Source of the DNA: Thermococcus sp.
GTDB lineage: Archaea > Methanobacteriota_B > Thermococci > Thermococcales > Thermococcaceae
Length of the DNA: 64,000 nt
Assembly: GCA_015520705.1 (NCBI GenBank)
Contig: WAPO01000166.1
Coordinates: forward strand, 726-64,725
Direction of reading: 5' to 3'
Shown piece after piece: positions 20,892 through 30,082 of this stretch. The position numbers and the translations under genes are program-made. Within the stretch, counting starts at the first letter, position 1. Every line of letters begins with the position of its first letter. The notes under the pieces are model-generated. The model did not search any database. It was not told the origin of the DNA and worked only from the letters and a program-made list of their open reading frames with translations.

Positions 20892-21970
20892 CGCATAGGT
20901 GTATTATGATGGGCAGAGAAGAGAGTTATCACAGAAATGCTGTTGAGATCTACAGGAGCGTGAGTGGTAAAAAATCTATCTTTTTGCTTCTTTTTACCCT
21001 TGCATGTCTGCTGGTATTTATAACAGATATCTCGATGGGTCCAGCATGGCTTCCAATTAAAACTATATTTATGGGCGTGTTCTCACCGGAATCTATTGAT
21101 AAAACAAGCCGTGTCATAATCTGGGCAATAAGGCTTCCCACAGCAATAATGGCGGTAGTTGTGGGTGCTGCCCTTGGAATCGCCGGAGTGGAAATGCAGA
21201 CAATTCTGAACAACCCTCTGGCAAGTCCATATACACTTGGTGTATCTGCCGGTGCTGGCTTTGGTGCAGCACTGGCGCTTATCCTTGGAGTTGGAATAGT
21301 TCCACATGAAGGGGAATTTTTTGTCCCAGTGAATGCATTTTTCTTTGCCCTTCTTACTAGCATGGGCATATATCTTATCGCTAAGATAAAAGGGGCTACA
21401 ACAGAAACCATGGTTCTTGCAGGAATTGCACTACTGTTTCTCTTTCACTCCATGCTGGCTCTTCTCGAATATACCGCCTCTGAAGAGGCTCTACAGGCGA
21501 TAGTTTTCTGGCTATTTGGGAGTCTACTCAAAGCCACGTGGAGAAAGGTAGGTATAACTTTTGTTGTGCTGCTTTTTGTTGCTTTGCTCTTGATAAAAGA
21601 TGCTTGGAGGCTTACGACTCTAAGGCTGGGAGATGAAAGGGCAAAAAGCCTGGGGGTTGATGTTGAGAAATTAAGGCTGAAGGTGCTAATTTTAATCTCA
21701 CTTCTCACTGCTATCGCTGTGTGCTTTGTTGGAACCATAGGTTTTGTTGGCCTTGTTGGTCCCCATATGGCCAGGATGCTTGTTGGAGAAGATCAGAGAT
21801 ACCTTCTGCCGATGTCGGCTCTTGGAGGGGCGTTTATTCTATCTACAGCATCACTTTTTAGTAAAATTGTTGTTCCGGGTACTATTTTTCCGATCGGTAT
21901 TATCACTTCATTTGTTGGCGTGCCATTCTTCATGTTTCTAATCCTAAAGCGGAGGAGGGGTTTCTGGTGA
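20888..21970 (+). CDS. FecCD/BtuC family ABC permease
   Basis: IRLP, MQTILNNPLASPYTLGVSAGAGFG, GTIGFVGLVGPH, GVPFF. Confidence 0.93.
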   Translation: MTHRCIMMGREESYHRNAVEIYRSVSGKKSIFLLLFTLACLLVFITDISMGPAWLPIKTIFMGVFSPESIDKTSRVIIWAIRLPTAIMAVVVGAALGIAGVEMQTILNNPLASPYTLGVSAGAGFGAALALILGVGIVPHEGEFFVPVNAFFFALLTSMGIYLIAKIKGATTETMVLAGIALLFLFHSMLALLEYTASEEALQAIVFWLFGSLLKATWRKVGITFVVLLFVALLLIKDAWRLTTLRLGDERAKSLGVDVEKLRLKVLILISLLTAIAVCFVGTIGFVGLVGPHMARMLVGEDQRYLLPMSALGGAFILSTASLFSKIVVPGTIFPIGIITSFVGVPFFMFLILKRRRGFW

Positions 21971-22845
21971 GGGTGGAAGTGAAGAATCTGTGGTTTGGAT
22001 ATAACTCAACACCTGTTTTAAAAAATATAAGTATAGAAGCATCACCAGGTAAGGTTACTGTCATCATTGGACCAAATGGCGCAGGAAAATCCACACTTTT
22101 AAAATGTATTGCTGGCTTGTTGAAGCCTAGCGGGAGGGTTCTGCTTAATGGAAAAGAATTTAGAAGGGAACATATTTCCAGACTTATAAGCTACATTCCC
22201 CAGGATCATTCAATTGGAGTAGTTCTAACTGTCTTTGAGACGGTTCTTTTAGGGAGAATTAACTTCCTATCATGGAGGATTAACAAGAGGGATTTAGAAA
22301 TTGTGATGAGAGTCCTCAGAGAGTTAAGAATAGAGGGATTGGCCTCTAGGTATATTAGCGAGCTGAGTGGTGGGCAGAGGCAGATGGTGTTTATAGCCCA
22401 GGCACTGGCCAGAGAACCGAAAGTTCTCCTTATGGATGAGCCAGTTAGTAACTTGGACATCAGACATCAACTAGAAATTCTTAACCTGATAAAGAAGGTC
22501 ACAAAAGATAACACCATGACAACCATCCTTGTATTGCATGATTTAAATTTGGCTGCACGATATGCTGATGAGCTTATAGTGTTAAGGAAAGGAGAGGTCT
22601 ATAACCGGGGGAACCCCAACTCAGTTCTAACTGAAGACATGATAAGAGATGTTTATGGAGTTCACGCGAAAGTTGGAAATGATGGCGGTGTGCCACAGGT
22701 AACTCCTCTTAAACCACTCGCAAATGGAGAACGGTTAATGGAGTGGGAGAGAACGGAAAAAGTAAATACGTGGCTCCAAGCTGCACACCTATCAACATTA
22801 TGTGGAAAAGATAACTCTAGGAAAAAAGCCAACACAAGGTTATGA
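21967..22845 (+). CDS. FecE/BtuD family ABC ATPase
   Basis: GPNGAGKST, LSGGQRQ, LMDEP, LHDLNLA; atypical C-terminal tail. Confidence 0.93.
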   Translation: MRVEVKNLWFGYNSTPVLKNISIEASPGKVTVIIGPNGAGKSTLLKCIAGLLKPSGRVLLNGKEFRREHISRLISYIPQDHSIGVVLTVFETVLLGRINFLSWRINKRDLEIVMRVLRELRIEGLASRYISELSGGQRQMVFIAQALAREPKVLLMDEPVSNLDIRHQLEILNLIKKVTKDNTMTTILVLHDLNLAARYADELIVLRKGEVYNRGNPNSVLTEDMIRDVYGVHAKVGNDGGVPQVTPLKPLANGERLMEWERTEKVNTWLQAAHLSTLCGKDNSRKKANTRL

Positions 22846-22898
22846 AAGCTGCGAAATGCTTAAGTAATAACCTGAGGTTATTATATCCGGTGGTGGAA

Positions 22899-23576
22899 AT
22901 GGTGAAGATCAGGTTTCTGGGTCATGCCGCCTTTGAGATTGAAGGGAGCAAGAGAATTCTCATTGACCCGTTTCTGACAGGGAATCCAGCCGCAGCAGCA
23001 AAGCCTGAAGACTTTGACAGCGTTGATTTAATCCTCGTTACCCACATGCACGGCGACCATGTCGGTGATACCGTGGAAATCGCCCAGAATACAGGGGCAA
23101 AGATTGTGGCGATGTATGACATAGCAAACTACCTCGTGGAGAAGAGGAGGAACATAACGACAGTGGGGATGAACTACGGCCCCACAGAGGTCGATGGTGT
23201 GAAAATCGTTCAGGTTCCGGCCTGGCACTCAAGCGGCGGGGAAGAGGGCTTCATGGTCGGCAATGCCTGCGGCTATATTGTGGAACTTGACGGCGTGACA
23301 GTATACCACGCCGGTGACACGTTCGTCTTTAAGGACATGGAGCTGTTTGGGGAGCTCTATGGGATTTATGTTGCCCTGCTGCCGATAGGAGGCCACTTCA
23401 CCATGGGGCCAATGGAAGCGGCAAAGGCAGTTGAGCTTCTGAAGCCCAGATATGTAATCCCAATGCACTACAACACATGGCCTCCGATTGCAAAAGACCC
23501 TGAGGAGTTCAAGAAGCTTGTTGGGGACAAAGCGGAAGTTGTAATCCTCAAGCCCGGAGAAACCTTCGAGCTTTGA
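22899..23576 (+). CDS. Metallo-beta-lactamase fold hydrolase (UPF0173)
   Basis: IRFLGHA, THMHGDH, YHAGDT, IPMHYNTW; start at ATG 22899 behind GGTGG. Confidence 0.9.
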   Translation: MVKIRFLGHAAFEIEGSKRILIDPFLTGNPAAAAKPEDFDSVDLILVTHMHGDHVGDTVEIAQNTGAKIVAMYDIANYLVEKRRNITTVGMNYGPTEVDGVKIVQVPAWHSSGGEEGFMVGNACGYIVELDGVTVYHAGDTFVFKDMELFGELYGIYVALLPIGGHFTMGPMEAAKAVELLKPRYVIPMHYNTWPPIAKDPEEFKKLVGDKAEVVILKPGETFEL

Positions 23577-23617
23577 GGTTTTGAAAAACCTTTTAAGTTC
23601 CTCATTTTACTTCTTCT

Positions 23618-24631
23618 TTGGTGATAGGGTTGAAGAAAACACCTTTAATCATGCTCCTGCTCATACTCGTTATCACACCTCTTTTGATTCCTCCGGCACA
23701 TGCCGCCGGCGAGGAGAAGAAGTATGACCTCATAATCGTGAGAAATGATGATTTAATCGATTACATAGTAGCACTGCCCTATGCCAAACGGCTCGGCGTT
23801 CCCATTCTCCCTGTCAACCCAAAGGAGCTTGACCCCAAGACCCTCGCACAGCTCCAGAGCTACGCCCAGTTCGGGTGGAACCACATCCTGATAATCGGAA
23901 ATTCAAAGGCCGTCAGCAACACTGTTCAGGATGAACTTATGAGCATAGGCTTCATCACGGAGAGAATAGGCGGGGAAGTCAGAACCGAGACGGCGGCGAG
24001 ACTTGCAGAGGCTTTCTTCCCTCAGGGTGCCGAAACAGTCATTCTGGCGAGCTCGAACGATTACGGCTCTGCACTGGCAGCGGCGAGATACGCCATGAAC
24101 TACAACTACCCTCTCCTGCTGACCCGCAACGATACCGTCTCGGAATACACAGTGGTTGCCCTCAAAAAGCTTAAACCCAGTCTCGTGGTCATGATAGGAG
24201 CCGGGCTCTCCGAAAATGTGGAGAAGCAGCTCAAGGACATGGGGTATGAAACCTTCTGGTATGGAAGAAACGTTGAGATAACACTCCCGAAGAAAGAGGA
24301 GCGCACATCCCCCTGGTGGTATTATCTGGCGGGAGCCCTCATCTCCCTTGCCATAACGGTTCCCATAGTCCTCTACTGGGCGAAGAAGAAATGGGGAGAG
24401 AACAAGGTTCCTATTGAGGTTCTGACCGAAAAGGAGAGGATAGTTGTAAGGGCAATGCTCGAAAAAGGAGGAGTTGTCAAGCAGGAGGATCTTCCCGAGC
24501 TCACAGGTTACTCAAGGCCCACAATAAGCCGCATTATTCAGGAGCTTGAGAAGAAGCAGCTTGTATCGAGGGAGAAGGTCGGCAAGACATTCATAGTCAA
24601 GCTGATAAAGGAGATAAGAATACGAGAGTGA
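23618..24631 (+). CDS. Membrane-anchored protein with cell-wall-binding-2-like repeats and a C-terminal winged HTH
   Basis: Signal peptide; RIGGEVRTETA and ILASSNDYGSALAA...PLLLT repeats; TM helix; LTEKE...GYSRPTISRIIQELEKKQLV wHTH. Confidence 0.75.
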   Translation: MVIGLKKTPLIMLLLILVITPLLIPPAHAAGEEKKYDLIIVRNDDLIDYIVALPYAKRLGVPILPVNPKELDPKTLAQLQSYAQFGWNHILIIGNSKAVSNTVQDELMSIGFITERIGGEVRTETAARLAEAFFPQGAETVILASSNDYGSALAAARYAMNYNYPLLLTRNDTVSEYTVVALKKLKPSLVVMIGAGLSENVEKQLKDMGYETFWYGRNVEITLPKKEERTSPWWYYLAGALISLAITVPIVLYWAKKKWGENKVPIEVLTEKERIVVRAMLEKGGVVKQEDLPELTGYSRPTISRIIQELEKKQLVSREKVGKTFIVKLIKEIRIRE

Positions 24632-24688
24632 CGGTCGGAAAGCCCAAACCGCTCATCATCCTTCAGCGTCCTGGCTTTTCCTCATCCC
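24632..24688 (-). ncRNA. Candidate box C/D guide sRNA
   Basis: Minus strand: C AUGAGGA, 12-nt guide, D' CUGA, C' AUGAUGA, guide GCGGUUUGGGCUUU, D CCGA; intergenic. Confidence 0.55.
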
Positions 24689-24709
24689 ATAAAGGGAGTT
24701 CATCAGGAT

Positions 24710-24865
24710 TCAGACCTCAGGTTTTTTCTTGAAGAGATGGCCGTGTGCTCTGTTTATATGCCTTATGTAATCCCTGCTCTTCTTAAAGACCATACCGCAT
24801 CTCGGACAGCGGAAGTAGAGTTCTCCATCCCTGTCCGTGATTTTGATGGCCTTAAGCACCGCCAT
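24710..24865 (-). CDS. Small C2H2 zinc-finger protein (51 aa, not in ORF track)
   Basis: GGAGGTG RBS; [51 protein letters not shown] (CxxC...HxxxxH). Confidence 0.85.
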   Translation of the reverse strand: MAVLKAIKITDRDGELYFRCPRCGMVFKKSRDYIRHINRAHGHLFKKKPEV

Positions 24866-24913
24866 CCCCCCACCTCCGTCAGGAGTTCGAGCATCAATTT
24901 TTAAGATTTTTCC

Positions 24914-25720
24914 TCAGACCCATATCCTGTTGCCCTTCACCTTAAGGTATCCCAGGGTCTGCAGCTCCTTGAGGAAGTCCTCCACTGCCTCTTCGTCAAA
25001 ATAAAGATTTATCCGCTCCCTTCTGCCCTCAACGACGATTGGCTCCCTTGAAAGCAGTGCCTCTATGAGCTCGCTCTTCTTCCTTTTCTCCTCGGCCAGC
25101 TCAAGTATCACATCGGCGAGCACGGACTTTGCTATGCCGACGAATAGGGCATCAACGAGGGATTCCTCCGTGACATAGGGCTCCGCTATATCCACAGCTT
25201 TTTGTATGAGCTCCTTTTCAATTTCCATTACCTCGACGTAGTAGTGCTTCATGAGCGTGAATTCAGCCACAAGTCCTGCGTTGAGCTCCCTCTCGAATTC
25301 TCCAAGGTCTTCAATTTCCTCCACAGGAAACCTCAGCTCAAGAACCAGCTCCTCCAGCTCGGGTTTTTTAATCAGCTTCAGAGTATCCCCATTTTCAATG
25401 TATCCTCCTTCTATAAGCGCTGTCAGAACCACGAGTCTGTTGATGTCTGCTTCGTCAAATATATCCTCCACCCTCTTCTCCTCTCCGGGCTCCCACTTTG
25501 AGAGCATCGCATCGAAGGCCTGACGCACATCTTCAAGCTTATCCCATATGAAGGGATACCTCCCGGCCATCTCGACAAGTTCAGGATAGTGTGCCCTGAT
25601 GACCAGAAAATGCTGCACCTCCCACCCAACTTCCTCCTTGGTTTTGTTCATTATGCCTGCCCGGCTCAGCTCCCTCGAAAGCTCTATCATATCATCCCGG
25701 CTTAAAACCTCGAATCTCAT
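24914..25720 (-). CDS. Hypothetical acidic protein
   Basis: 268-aa ORF with host-like codon usage, in an operon; no motif recognised. Confidence 0.7.
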   Translation of the reverse strand: MRFEVLSRDDMIELSRELSRAGIMNKTKEEVGWEVQHFLVIRAHYPELVEMAGRYPFIWDKLEDVRQAFDAMLSKWEPGEEKRVEDIFDEADINRLVVLTALIEGGYIENGDTLKLIKKPELEELVLELRFPVEEIEDLGEFERELNAGLVAEFTLMKHYYVEVMEIEKELIQKAVDIAEPYVTEESLVDALFVGIAKSVLADVILELAEEKRKKSELIEALLSREPIVVEGRRERINLYFDEEAVEDFLKELQTLGYLKVKGNRIWV

Positions 25721-25751
25721 GTTTTCACCATGGGTAGAGAGGGCAAGGTTG

Positions 25752-26381
25752 TTATAAATCTTTCATGGCCAGCTGAAGAAGCTTTTTCAGGGGTTTGTTT
25801 GTGAGCTTCTCTGAGGTCTCCTCTATTTCCCCTTTCAACCCGGGAGAGCGCCGGAGGTAGAGATAGAGGGCATAGGCCATGAGCTTTGGATTCCCCTCAT
25901 TAACACCTTCAACAGCCCGTGCGAGCTCCGTGTTTTCAAGGAGGGAATCTGCAAGCTTTTCGAGCTTTTCTTCATCCCCCTGCTCCAGAGCATCCTTCAG
26001 GGGTGTGTAGAACAGCCTGATCACCATCCGGGCCCATCTCTCCCGGAGTTCGATTCCTGCCGTTATGCTTTCCCCTCCCCTATTCATCCACAGACCATAC
26101 GCAAGGGGTATGATAAATATCAGGAGGAAGAAGAGTATATACCTGATCGGGAAATTTACAACCGCTGGGGTTCTGCTCCTCAGGGCCAGCAGAAAGAGCA
26201 GTCCGGCTATTATCCACACAGCCGCGAAGAGGAGATAGTAGAGGGAGTAGGAGCTGGCTTTTTTGAGAACTTCCTCCCCCCTCAAGCTCTTCTCCATTCT
26301 CTGCATGCTCAGCTCGGCCAGCTCCATCTCGGCCTCAAGCCTCTTTATCCTCTTCCCTATTTCCTCAAGCACCTCTTCCAT
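25752..26381 (-). CDS. Hypothetical membrane protein (coiled coil plus 2 TM)
   Basis: 209 aa, two hydrophobic helices; overlaps the creatininase stop. Confidence 0.7.
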   Translation of the reverse strand: MEEVLEEIGKRIKRLEAEMELAELSMQRMEKSLRGEEVLKKASSYSLYYLLFAAVWIIAGLLFLLALRSRTPAVVNFPIRYILFFLLIFIIPLAYGLWMNRGGESITAGIELRERWARMVIRLFYTPLKDALEQGDEEKLEKLADSLLENTELARAVEGVNEGNPKLMAYALYLYLRRSPGLKGEIEETSEKLTNKPLKKLLQLAMKDL

Positions 26382-27096
26382 GCTTCTCCGCCTCTACGAT
26401 CAGACGGGCTATTTTTTCGCTCACGACGCTTAAAATCGCCTCACCCTTCTCCCTCGTCGCCCCCTTTGGGTCGTCGTTGACGCCATCCGGGAAGAGCTCA
26501 AGGGCTATGTTCTTTCTGATAACCCTTACCTTTGAGCCCCTCTTCCTGCCTTTCGCCTTCTCCATCTTGACAAGCTCCGGCTTTATCGCCAGAATAACTG
26601 AGGTTTCATCCTCACCGGCATGTCCCTGAGAGGAGCAGATGCTCAGTATATCCTCCCTGAAGTCAATCCACCAGTTTATGAGCCATATCTCGACATTGTA
26701 TCTCTCAGCAACCTCTTCAGCCGCCTCAATCAGAGGGTGGTAGTTCCCTCCGTGCCCGTTCAGCAGGATTATCCTTCTAAAGCCTTCCTCCGCGAATTCA
26801 CCCGCGACGTCCCTTATATATCTCCTCAGGGTGTCTGCCCTGACATTTACGGTGCCTGGAAACAGGTTGAGCACAAAGCTGTGGCCGTACCATATGGGAG
26901 GTGCAACCAGAAGCTCGATGCCCATCTCCTTCAGCTTTGCCTCCACCCTCTCCGCTATTTCCACAGGAGCAAAAACGTCCGTGCCGAGGGGGAGGTGCCT
27001 TCCGTGAGCTTCAACACTCCCGATAGGCAGGATTACGGTGCTGATTTCCTTCCTGATTCTCTCAAACTCATCCCACGTGAGGTTTTCCATGTGCAT
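26365..27096 (-). CDS. Creatininase / creatinine amidohydrolase family protein
   Basis: PIGSVEAHGRHLPLGTD, NGHGGN, HAGEDETS. Confidence 0.9.
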   Translation of the reverse strand: MHMENLTWDEFERIRKEISTVILPIGSVEAHGRHLPLGTDVFAPVEIAERVEAKLKEMGIELLVAPPIWYGHSFVLNLFPGTVNVRADTLRRYIRDVAGEFAEEGFRRIILLNGHGGNYHPLIEAAEEVAERYNVEIWLINWWIDFREDILSICSSQGHAGEDETSVILAIKPELVKMEKAKGRKRGSKVRVIRKNIALELFPDGVNDDPKGATREKGEAILSVVSEKIARLIVEAEKHGRGA

Positions 27097-27107
27097 TTCA
27101 ATCCCTG

Positions 27108-28262
27108 CTAAATTTTTGATGCAACATCCTCATAAGTTTTTTCTATCCTCTCGGCAACCCTCTCCCATGAATACCTCTCCTCAACAGCTTTCCTTCCGTT
27201 GCTCCCGAAGCGCTTCCTCAAGTCCTCATCGAGAAGAAGCTTCTGAATGGCATTTCTGAGCTCAAGCTCGTTCCCCGGAGGAACAAGGAGACCGCTCTCG
27301 CTTTCCCTTACAATCTCCGGAATGCCCCCAACGTCCGTTGCAACAACCGGCACACTGGAGGCCATAGCCTCAAGTATCACAATGCCGAAAGCTTCGGCCG
27401 TTACAGACGGGAGGACAAACACATCCGCCATCCCGAAGATCTTCGGAAGCATCTCGTTTTCTACATATCCCAGAAACTTCACCCTGTCCTCAATCCTCAG
27501 GAACTTCACCTGCGTCTTCAGAAAGGGCAACATCTCGCCTGAACCCACCATTACGAGGGTTATGTCATCCATCCTCCCGGCCAGAGCCTGAAAAGCATTG
27601 AGTAGAACGTGAGGGCCCTTCCTCGGGGACATCCTGCTGACGTAGAGGATAGCCTTCCCCTCTATTTCAAGCTCCTCCTTCACGTGCTGCTTTTCCTCTG
27701 GGCTAAGCGGTTTGAACAGCTCGTCGTCCACTCCGTTGGGGATGACTTTAACGGGAACATCTGTGAAATGTTCGATGAATGCCCTAGCGGCGTTGCTTAC
27801 CGCTATGATCTGCTGGGGAAAGCTGAGATAATGGCTGAAGAGTGGAAAGCTCAGCCCTAATACTTTCCACAAGGAGGACTCATGGGAGAAAGAGATGCTG
27901 TGAGTTGTCAGGAGGGTGGGCTTCCTGAGATTCCTCCCGGCTTTAACCGCCTTGAGAGCCAGTGGGGTGAAAGCGTGATGGGCGTGGACGACATCAAAGT
28001 CCCTCAAGAATTCAGCAAGCTCTAAATTGGACTTCAGGCTGTAGGTTAGGTTTATGCCCAAGATGGGGCTTACAGTTCCGGGAACCTTCACGAGATCGAT
28101 TCCAAGTCTCTCAAGCTCCCCCTCCTTTCCGGTCTCAAGGTCGTTGGTTACGATTGCAACATCGTGGCCTCTCTTTTTCAGGTGAACCGCGAGGTTGTGC
28201 ATATGGCTCGCAACCCCACCAATTTTCGGGTAGTACCAGTCACTTACGAGAGCTATCTTCAC
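27108..28262 (-). CDS. Glycosyltransferase family 4 (GT-B)
   Basis: SDWYYPKIGGV, IPNGVD, RKG, EAFGIVILEAMA, DVGGIPE; GTG start 28262. Confidence 0.92.
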   Translation of the reverse strand: MKIALVSDWYYPKIGGVASHMHNLAVHLKKRGHDVAIVTNDLETGKEGELERLGIDLVKVPGTVSPILGINLTYSLKSNLELAEFLRDFDVVHAHHAFTPLALKAVKAGRNLRKPTLLTTHSISFSHESSLWKVLGLSFPLFSHYLSFPQQIIAVSNAARAFIEHFTDVPVKVIPNGVDDELFKPLSPEEKQHVKEELEIEGKAILYVSRMSPRKGPHVLLNAFQALAGRMDDITLVMVGSGEMLPFLKTQVKFLRIEDRVKFLGYVENEMLPKIFGMADVFVLPSVTAEAFGIVILEAMASSVPVVATDVGGIPEIVRESESGLLVPPGNELELRNAIQKLLLDEDLRKRFGSNGRKAVEERYSWERVAERIEKTYEDVASKI

Positions 28263-29163
28263 TGCTCCCGCCTCCCCACAGTATCCCATAAAACACCACC
28301 GCTCCCACTATGGAGTATGCATACTGGAAGAGGAACTTATAAACAAATGCTGTCACAGTGGCTTTTGTCGATGCCCCGATTCCAAGGACAAGCCCAAATT
28401 CATTTGCCCCCAATCCTGCAGGGATGCCACTCACTGACGCAAAGAGAAGGCTCATCAGAAACCCGTATAAAGCCTGTTTTAAGGGGATTTTCAAGCCGAA
28501 TGCCATTCCAACAACTGTGACACCGAAAACCTGGAGGACTATTATCAGCGAGGAGAGGAGGAATGACATGAAAAAGGCCTTTTTATTTTTCTTTGCCCTG
28601 CTCCATCCTTTGTATGATCGATCCAGATAACCTCTGAGTGTGGAGATTAAGCCTTTCATACCAACACTTTCCCAGAACTTAAGGAGGTAGTCCAGAGCTC
28701 TGTACATACCCTTCTCATAGACGAGAGCAAGGAGAATCAATACAAGGGCAAAAATACCGAGCTTCGTAAAACCAACAAATATCAGGGCGAATGCAAGGAT
28801 AACCAGAACTTCGGTGCTCAGCCCGATTGCGAGGGATGATAGAGCCTTGAAGTAATCTCCACCAACAAGCTTGACCTTTGCTATGTGTCCCACACTCGGT
28901 GGAAGGATTGTTATCAGGTAATATCCACTTATAAAAGCTCTAAATGTCTTTTTAAAGCTGGTCTCCTGAACCTCTTTCAGAAGGAGATACCATCTCAAGG
29001 CGGAGAGAAGAACTGTTAAAAGCGAGAGAAAACCTGCAAAAAGGAGATATTCATAGGAAGCGCCCCTGAAAGCCATTCTAAGTTCCCCGAGATCAACATG
29101 TTTGTAGAGATATGCGAGGGATATCAGGAGGGCTATAATGCTGAATATTCTCCTTTTCTCCAT
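28240..29163 (-). CDS. UPF0104 / lysylphosphatidylglycerol synthase TM-like (flippase-like) membrane protein
   Basis: Multi-TM; ALRWYLLL and GIPAGLGANE motifs. Confidence 0.8.
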   Translation of the reverse strand: MEKRRIFSIIALLISLAYLYKHVDLGELRMAFRGASYEYLLFAGFLSLLTVLLSALRWYLLLKEVQETSFKKTFRAFISGYYLITILPPSVGHIAKVKLVGGDYFKALSSLAIGLSTEVLVILAFALIFVGFTKLGIFALVLILLALVYEKGMYRALDYLLKFWESVGMKGLISTLRGYLDRSYKGWSRAKKNKKAFFMSFLLSSLIIVLQVFGVTVVGMAFGLKIPLKQALYGFLMSLLFASVSGIPAGLGANEFGLVLGIGASTKATVTAFVYKFLFQYAYSIVGAVVFYGILWGGGSSEDSSRK

Positions 29164-29164
29164 A

Positions 29165-29959
29165 CTAAGCACCCGATATGATCTTTACTGCATGTAAAAG
29201 CAGGAGGGAAACCACAACACCATCGAGGGCCCTGTAGCTTATCCTGCTTCCGGCGAGCATAATCCCGAGAGCTCCGAGGGGAGCATTGAAGGCCAGCAGG
29301 AGCGTCGCTATGGAGATACCGGAGAAGATTATAACAAGCTTTTCAGAGGCCTGCTTTCCTATTATAATCGGTGTTGTCCTGAGATCAGCCTTTAAATCGC
29401 TTTCATAGTCTTCAAGATGGTTCCTCAGCTCCATGGCGAAGGAGTAAACCAGCAGAGCGAGGCCTATCAGAATTTCATACCTGCTCAAACTGCCGTCGAG
29501 ATATGCACCGTAGAGGAAGGGCATCGCTCCGAAAAACAAACCGTGGGAGAGCACGTCCAAAATCGGCCGCGCCTTCAGCCTAGGTGGGGCTGAATAGAGG
29601 GTTGACAGAACCACCATGGAGGTATAAATCAGAAGTTCGCCATGCCCGAGTGATGCTGCGAGCAGAACTCCTGAGAGGGCTGTTAAAGCCGAGACTGCAA
29701 TTCCAGCCCTAAAACTTAGCTCACCGCTGGCAATTGGGTTCTTGCCCCTTTTTCTCAGGTTCAGAATGTCAGTATCAACATCGAAACAGTTGTTTATAGA
29801 GAATGCATAGGCAACATAGAGCACAAGGGACACAACAGCGATGCCCGCATCTTTGAAATTCGGGGCATTCTTAAAGCTCATCACCAGGCCCAGCAGCCCC
29901 ATGCCGATAAACGATCTGCCATCGGCTATCCTAGTGTTTCTGAGCACAGCTTGCAGCAT
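29165..29959 (-). CDS. UbiA family prenyltransferase
   Basis: NNCFDVDTD and NHLEDYESD Asp-rich motifs, NPIASG, YSAPPRLK. Confidence 0.88.
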   Translation of the reverse strand: MLQAVLRNTRIADGRSFIGMGLLGLVMSFKNAPNFKDAGIAVVSLVLYVAYAFSINNCFDVDTDILNLRKRGKNPIASGELSFRAGIAVSALTALSGVLLAASLGHGELLIYTSMVVLSTLYSAPPRLKARPILDVLSHGLFFGAMPFLYGAYLDGSLSRYEILIGLALLVYSFAMELRNHLEDYESDLKADLRTTPIIIGKQASEKLVIIFSGISIATLLLAFNAPLGALGIMLAGSRISYRALDGVVVSLLLLHAVKIISGA

Positions 29960-30082
29960 AATACCACCACTCAGCATCGCCTAAAATGTTTATAAGCCTA
30001 ATGATTGGATCGAGACTCATCCCCATCAAAGAATAGGAGAACCATAAAAGCTTAAGTTTAGGATGGAAACAGACAGAATTCT

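Larger units (their letters stand above)
18550..22850. mobile_element. AT-rich, probably horizontally acquired islet (methyltransferase plus metal-chelate ABC transporter)
   Basis: Visibly lower GC and A/T-ending codons than the flanks. No integrase, transposase or att site seen; boundaries approximate. Confidence 0.5.
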
